A DNA stretch of 12,269 bases from a bacterium (GTDB lineage Bacteria; Zhuqueibacterota; Zhuqueibacteria; Oceanimicrobiales; Oceanimicrobiaceae). This document shows, piece after piece, positions 8,373 to 12,269 of the stretch; positions within the stretch are counted from its first letter, which is position 1, and each line of letters opens with the position of its first letter. The notes below the pieces were generated by a model. That model searched no databases. It saw only the letters and a list, made by a program, of their open reading frames with translations, and had not been told where the DNA came from. Location of the stretch: positions 1 to 12,269 of the forward strand of contig JBHHXT010000144.1 in assembly GCA_046757165.1 (NCBI GenBank), written 5' to 3'. Position numbers and translations under genes: made by a program.

Positions 8373-9637
8373 CGTCTGCACTCAATTGACCGTTTGTGAC
8401 CCTCCAGACCCTCCAGTTGCGCAAATTGCGCCGCCATTTCTGCCCGCTGTTTGAAGCTCTCGGGCTCGCACTGCAAGACGGAGGAGAATTTGACAAAGTC
8501 GAAAACGCTCAACGGCGAGGAGAACCTGGCGCTCCTCCCGGTCGGCAGGATGTGATTCGGGCCGGTACAGTAGTCGCCGAGCACAGCCGGGGTGTGCTCC
8601 CCTAGAAAAATCGCACCGGCGTTCCGGATCTTGTTGAGCACCGCGCGCGGCGCTTGCGTCATGATCTGCAGGTGCTCAGGTGCGATGCGGTTGACCAGCT
8701 CAGCGGCCTGTTGCAGGTTGTCTGCGACCACCACGGCGCCGTAGTTGGAAATAGCGGCTTCCAGAATCTCCCGTCTCTGCGTGCCATCCAGCACCTCCGA
8801 GACCCTGGCCTGCAGACGGTGGGCAAAGTCCTCAGAGGTGGTGACGCAGCTCACGCGAGTCTCGGCGTCATGTTCGGCCTGGGCAAACAGGTCCCGGGCC
8901 ACCCACTCAGGATTGGCGGACTCGTCGCATAGAATGACCAGCTCGGTCGGCCCGGCCAGGGCATCGATGCCGACGACGCCGAAGACCTGGCGCTTGGCTT
9001 CGTTAACATAGCTGTTTCCCGGCCCGACGATCTTGTCGACCGCCGTCACGCTCTCCGTCCCGAACGCAAGCGCTGCGATCGCCTGTGCCCCGCCGATGAC
9101 ATAGAGTTCTTCCACGGCCAGAAGACCAGCCGCCACCAGCACGAAACGATTCATCTGCCCACTGCTGTCAGGTGGCGAGGCCAGCACGATGCGCTCAACC
9201 CCGGCGATCTGTGCCGGCACCACTGACATGATGACGGTGGACGGATAGGCCGCTGTCCCGCCCGGAACATAAACGCCCAGGTTCTGGATTGGAGTCACTT
9301 GCATGCCGAACGATGTCCCGTCGCCGGTGTCTTCAAACCACGAACCGAGCTTCTGTCTGGCGTGGAACGTGCGAACATTGTCGATAGCCGTCTGAAACAG
9401 AGCCTTGACTTCGGGTTCACAGCGCTGCGTTGCTTCCGCGATGGCCTGCGCCGGCACACGCAAAACCTCCACTCTTACCCCATCAAACCGCTCCGTAAAC
9501 CGTTTGACGGCTCGATCTCCCTTGAGCTGCACCTCAGAGAGAATGGCTGCGACTCTCCCCGCAACTTGCGGCTCCGGGGTCACCGCCGCCCTCTGCGCCT
9601 GCAAGTAGTCTGCAACAGATGGATAGAGTTTGAGCAT
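8369..9637 (-). CDS. hisD: Histidinol dehydrogenase
   Basis: Motifs GVYVPGG, GGAQAIAALAFGT, KIVGPGN.YV..AK, GIDALAGPTE, QAEHD, APEHL and GDY..GPNHILPT. The start was placed at the ATG at 9637 (MLKLY), downstream of AAGGT. Confidence 0.97.
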   Translation of the reverse strand: MLKLYPSVADYLQAQRAAVTPEPQVAGRVAAILSEVQLKGDRAVKRFTERFDGVRVEVLRVPAQAIAEATQRCEPEVKALFQTAIDNVRTFHARQKLGSWFEDTGDGTSFGMQVTPIQNLGVYVPGGTAAYPSTVIMSVVPAQIAGVERIVLASPPDSSGQMNRFVLVAAGLLAVEELYVIGGAQAIAALAFGTESVTAVDKIVGPGNSYVNEAKRQVFGVVGIDALAGPTELVILCDESANPEWVARDLFAQAEHDAETRVSCVTTSEDFAHRLQARVSEVLDGTQRREILEAAISNYGAVVVADNLQQAAELVNRIAPEHLQIMTQAPRAVLNKIRNAGAIFLGEHTPAVLGDYCTGPNHILPTGRSARFSSPLSVFDFVKFSSVLQCEPESFKQRAEMAAQFAQLEGLEGHKRSIECRR

Positions 9638-9660
9638 GAACTTAACCTTGTTGGGTAAGG

Positions 9661-9755
9661 CAAACGTGAGAGGTGAAACGTGAAATGTGCCCCCCCACCG
9701 CCGTCGCTGCATCTCCGGGGAGGGCACGTCTCATGTTTGATTTTTCATGGTTCAT
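9661..9755. repeat. Inverted heptamer arrays forming a long hairpin with a GC-rich core
   Basis: Left arm: aaacgtg agaggtg aaacgtg aaatgtg ccc. Right arm: ggg cacgtct catgttt gattttt catggtt. 9676-9692 and 9722-9738 are reverse complements at 14/17 positions. Confidence 0.7.
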
Positions 9756-9771
9756 AAAACCTTGCTGAGTT

Positions 9772-10422
9772 CTATTCAACACGCACGCCTTCAATCACCA
9801 GGTAAATATCCTTCTTCAGGAAATATGTGTTGCTGATTTCAAGCTTTGACGACTCCCGTATATACTCTAATGTGTTGCGATCAAAGCGAGCGCCGTAGAC
9901 CTTTTCAACGAATGGCGAAAAAAACTCGAACACCCGTCTGAGTCTGGGGTTGCTGGGATACTTCATTTCGAGCAAACAAAAATGTCCGCCCGGCTTCAGG
10001 ACCCGTTCAAATTGTTTAATCGCTGTTGGCTGTAGTTCATCAGGCATGACGCAACACAAGAAGGTGGAAATCAACCAGTCAAAATGGTTAGAAGGAATCG
10101 ACTCCATGACAGTGGCATCCTGTTGGTAAAAATCAACTTCGCACACAACTGATTTTGCCCGCTTCATCGCTTTTTTGAGCATGGCTTTACTGAGGTCGAT
10201 AGCCGTGAGCTTGACCCCTGAGTGATAATATTTCAAGTTGCGGCCAGTCCCCACTCCGGCTTCGAGAACAACGCCGCGGACATCTTTTAGCAAGAGAGGT
10301 CTCCACCGTCGATACTGCCTTTCCCAGGGATAATCCAAGATGTCGTAGAACCATGCCGTCAGATTATACTTAGCCTCGAGCGACCGGTTTTCTTCAGTGA
10401 TCGTGTCGATTGACTGGTTCAT
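9772..10422 (-). CDS. Class I SAM-dependent methyltransferase (Methyltransf_11/25, PmtA/UbiE-like)
   Basis: Motif I VLEAGVGTGRN, plus IDLSKAML, QDA, FD...STFLCC and ERVLKPGG. It is an intact 216-aa ORF. Its substrate cannot be determined from sequence. Confidence 0.9.
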   Translation of the reverse strand: MNQSIDTITEENRSLEAKYNLTAWFYDILDYPWERQYRRWRPLLLKDVRGVVLEAGVGTGRNLKYYHSGVKLTAIDLSKAMLKKAMKRAKSVVCEVDFYQQDATVMESIPSNHFDWLISTFLCCVMPDELQPTAIKQFERVLKPGGHFCLLEMKYPSNPRLRRVFEFFSPFVEKVYGARFDRNTLEYIRESSKLEISNTYFLKKDIYLVIEGVRVE

Positions 10423-10455
10423 CAGTCGATTCCCTGCAAGCTCACTTTCGGTAGG

Positions 10456-10998
10456 TTAAATCTCCAGAAAAGACCGAAGTTTTTCAACTGCCTTCGAATG
10501 TTTTGCTTTATCCATTCTCTTGAGATTGAGCAATTTCCACTGAACGGCCGGTAAATTCTTGATGTGCTGCAATTCTAATAATTCCCATCGCGGCTTGATC
10601 TGTTTCACGGACAACAAGAATTGCCGTTCCCTTTCACTCAGTGAATATTTCACGAAATGAATCAATTCAAGTCTGGCTTGTACTAAATCGTCTAACTCAA
10701 TTTGGGTAGTCGTCATTCCTTTGAATTCATGTTCAAAAACACCGCTGAAGTCTTTTAGCGTTGGGTTCAACAATTCAATAATTGGTCGTGGATGGCTGAT
10801 TAGATAAACGAGAAAAGCTTTACGAATATCTTCGGTAATGCCTTCATTGTTGAACAGAACATAAACATCAAAAAGATCGCGTGGATGCTGTCGATCCAGG
10901 GCTGCGCATATTTTGCCACCATAAAGATCACCAATTGAGAGCGTTTGTGCATAAAAGGAACGTACACTTTTGCAAGATGCTGGTTTATTTATTTGCAT
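10456..10998 (-). pseudogene. AbiEii/AbiGii-family nucleotidyltransferase toxin (type IV TA), C-terminal part only
   Basis: DLYGGKICAALDRQHPRDLFDV, FLVYLISHPRP..ELL.P, EF.GMT and LPAVQWKLLNL are typical of AbiEii toxins. The N-terminal GGT...S.DID catalytic motifs are missing, and similarity begins only near 10955. The region is visibly AT-richer than the his genes. Confidence 0.85.
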
Positions 10999-11043
10999 AT
11001 TTTGGTATACCAATTCCTGAAATGTGGAAAATAATAAACCAAC
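10979..11043. promoter_or_regulatory. Inverted repeat with a central palindrome; candidate TA operator remnant
   Basis: gctggtttatttattt (10979-10994) and aaataataaaccaac (11029-11043) are imperfect inverted repeats flanking a perfect 12-bp palindrome, ttggtataccaa (11002-11013). Confidence 0.4.
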
Positions 11044-11107
11044 TCGGAAGTCAAGGTCTTGCCTCAAAAACTTCCCGCAATCAACAGCAACTATGTTGGT
11101 TCCGCGA

Positions 11108-11977
11108 TTAATAGATCACCTTATTCAACGGATACTCGATAATATCCTCCGCCCCCGCTTTCTTGAGCTTCGGGATAATCGTGCGCACGGTTTTCTCATC
11201 GATGATGGTTTCCAGCGCCACCCAGTCGTTGCCCAGGAGCGGCGACATGGTCGGCTGTTTCATGGCCGGGATGCTTTCCCGGATCTTCTCCAGGTCTGAT
11301 TTGCGGATGTTGAACTTGAGCCCCACCTTGCCACTGGCCTGAATGGCCCCGCGCAACAGCAAGGCGATGTTGTCGATTTTCTCCCGCTTCCAGGGGTGGC
11401 CGTAGCTTTTCTCGTTGGTGATCAGGCGGACGGTCGAGGTGAGTACCGTGTCCACGATGCGCAGCTTATTCGCTCGTAGCGAGCTGCCGGATTCGGTGAT
11501 TTCCACAATGGCATCCACCAGCTCCGGCGTCTTGGCTTCGGTCGCGCCCCAGGAGAATTCCACCTCGGCTTTGATGTCATGCTGCGCGAGGTATTTCCTG
11601 GTGATATTCACCGCCTCGGTGGCGATACGCTTGCCGTTCAAATCCTGGATGGTCTGGATTTCCGAATTCTCTGGCACGGCCACGACCCAGCGCACGGGCC
11701 GGAAGCTGACCTTCGAGTACACCAACTCCACCACTTCGACCACCTCGGCACCGTTCTCGAGAATCCAATCCCTGCCGGTGATGCCCACATCGAGCACGCC
11801 GTCGTGGACGTAAGTGGCGATCTCCTGGGCGCGGATAAGAATCGCTTCCAGCTCCTCGTCGTCGCTGGCCGGGAAGTAAGCCCGTTCCCGTAGATAAAAG
11901 TTGAACCCGGCCTTGCTCAGCAGGCTCAAAGTCGCCTCCTGCAAGCTGCCCTTTGGCAATCCGATTTTGAGTTTCAT
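11108..11977 (-). CDS. hisG: ATP phosphoribosyltransferase, long form with C-terminal regulatory domain
   Basis: Motifs [33 protein letters not shown] and [17 protein letters not shown], plus a C-terminal ~70-aa domain ([11 protein letters not shown]...[10 protein letters not shown]). An AAGGA RBS precedes the ATG at 11977; the product is 289 aa. Confidence 0.98.
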   Translation of the reverse strand: MKLKIGLPKGSLQEATLSLLSKAGFNFYLRERAYFPASDDEELEAILIRAQEIATYVHDGVLDVGITGRDWILENGAEVVEVVELVYSKVSFRPVRWVVAVPENSEIQTIQDLNGKRIATEAVNITRKYLAQHDIKAEVEFSWGATEAKTPELVDAIVEITESGSSLRANKLRIVDTVLTSTVRLITNEKSYGHPWKREKIDNIALLLRGAIQASGKVGLKFNIRKSDLEKIRESIPAMKQPTMSPLLGNDWVALETIIDEKTVRTIIPKLKKAGAEDIIEYPLNKVIY

Positions 11978-12000
11978 TTCAACAGTCCTTCCTTTTTGCC

Positions 12001-12041
12001 ACAAAACAAAAAACCCACTATCTGTGTTCAGATAGTGGGTT
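12001..12041 (-). terminator. Intrinsic terminator of the his attenuator (3:4 hairpin)
   Basis: Minus strand reads AACCCACTATCTG-aaca-CAGATAGTGGGTT-TTTTGTTTTGT: a perfect 13-bp stem plus U-tract, ending about 25 nt before hisG. Confidence 0.93.
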
Positions 12042-12137
12042 GGCGTGATCTTCGTTTCGGTCTCGTTTGCTAACTCATTGGATGCTCACCGGGGCATTCA
12101 CGCAACCCACCATCTCGCCACTCAGATGGCGATGGTG
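12030..12137 (-). promoter_or_regulatory. Antiterminator (2:3) and protector (1:2) hairpins of the his attenuator
   Basis: mRNA AGAUGGUGGGUUGCGUGA (12115-12098) pairs with UCACGCCAACCCACUAUCU (12048-12030), which overlaps the terminator 5' arm. Alternatively, CACCAUC-GCCA in the His codons (12137-12127) pairs with UGGC-GA-GAUGGUG (12120-12108). Confidence 0.88.
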
Positions 12138-12167
12138 ATGATGGTGAATGTGAACCAAAGTTTGCAT
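12075..12167 (-). CDS. hisL: his operon leader peptide (30 aa, 7 His codons)
   Basis: atg caa act ttg gtt cac att cac cat cat cac cat cgc cat ctg ... caa tga = [30 protein letters not shown]. It lies between the promoter and the terminator, upstream of hisG. Confidence 0.92.
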   Translation of the reverse strand: MQTLVHIHHHHHRHLSGEMVGCVNAPVSIQ

Positions 12168-12211
12168 GTTTGATCTTCAGTTAAAGAGCCAACAATGATT
12201 ACGATTCAGCA

Positions 12212-12240
12212 AATATACTCACTTGATTTCGCAATAGCAA
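12212..12240 (-). promoter_or_regulatory. Sigma70-type promoter for the his leader/operon
   Basis: TTGCTA (12240-12235), a 17-nt spacer and TATATT (12217-12212), about 45 nt upstream of the leader ATG. Confidence 0.7.
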
Positions 12241-12269
12241 GCAGTTTTTCTCAGTCGGCTGTCCCCCCC

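Noticed and set aside
4192..9658. Long plus-strand ORFs (4192..4971, 5297..5836, 5862..6644, 5903..6538, 7650..8114 and others)
   Set aside because: They are antisense to well-supported his genes, which is expected in GC-rich coding DNA, and have no family signatures.
9638..9727. 30-aa N-terminal extension of HisD in the ORF track
   Set aside because: It runs through the heptamer hairpin and is not HisD-like. The ATG at 9637 gives a normal-length protein.
10999..11067. Treating the 203-aa ORF as a full-length active AbiEii toxin
   Set aside because: The N-terminal ~35 residues are non-homologous and overlap the inverted repeat, and the catalytic motifs are absent.
11978..12004. Upstream GTG start for hisG
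   Set aside because: It lies in the terminator U-tract with no RBS, whereas the ATG at 11977 has AAGGA at suitable spacing.
12001..12210. T-box riboswitch or tRNA-His upstream of hisG
   Set aside because: There is no convincing T-box consensus, specifier stem or cloverleaf. The His-codon uORF and alternative hairpins explain the region.

Overview
The window has three parts. (1) 4241-12240, minus strand: a near-complete histidine biosynthesis operon, hisG-[AbiEii toxin remnant]-[SAM methyltransferase]-hisD-hisC-hisB-hisH-hisA-hisF-hisI. It is preceded by a sigma70-like promoter, a 30-aa His-rich leader peptide missing from the ORF track ([30 protein letters not shown]) and a full 1:2 / 2:3 / 3:4 attenuator. 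No hisE or histidinol-phosphatase gene is present. (2) About 2920-4160: a zone of gene debris holding a truncated DUF433 gene, an ISKra4-like transposase 5' fragment, a receiver-domain scrap and two direct-repeat IS-end-like sequences. (3) 1-2867, minus strand: a large sensor histidine kinase (signal peptide, beta-propeller repeats, Y_Y_Y, TM, HisKA) that runs off the window and is also missing from the ORF track. Degenerate 7-bp tandem arrays sit at three operon junctions, and one of them folds into a hairpin at the edge of the inserted genes. All family calls come from motif recognition by eye, not from database searches.
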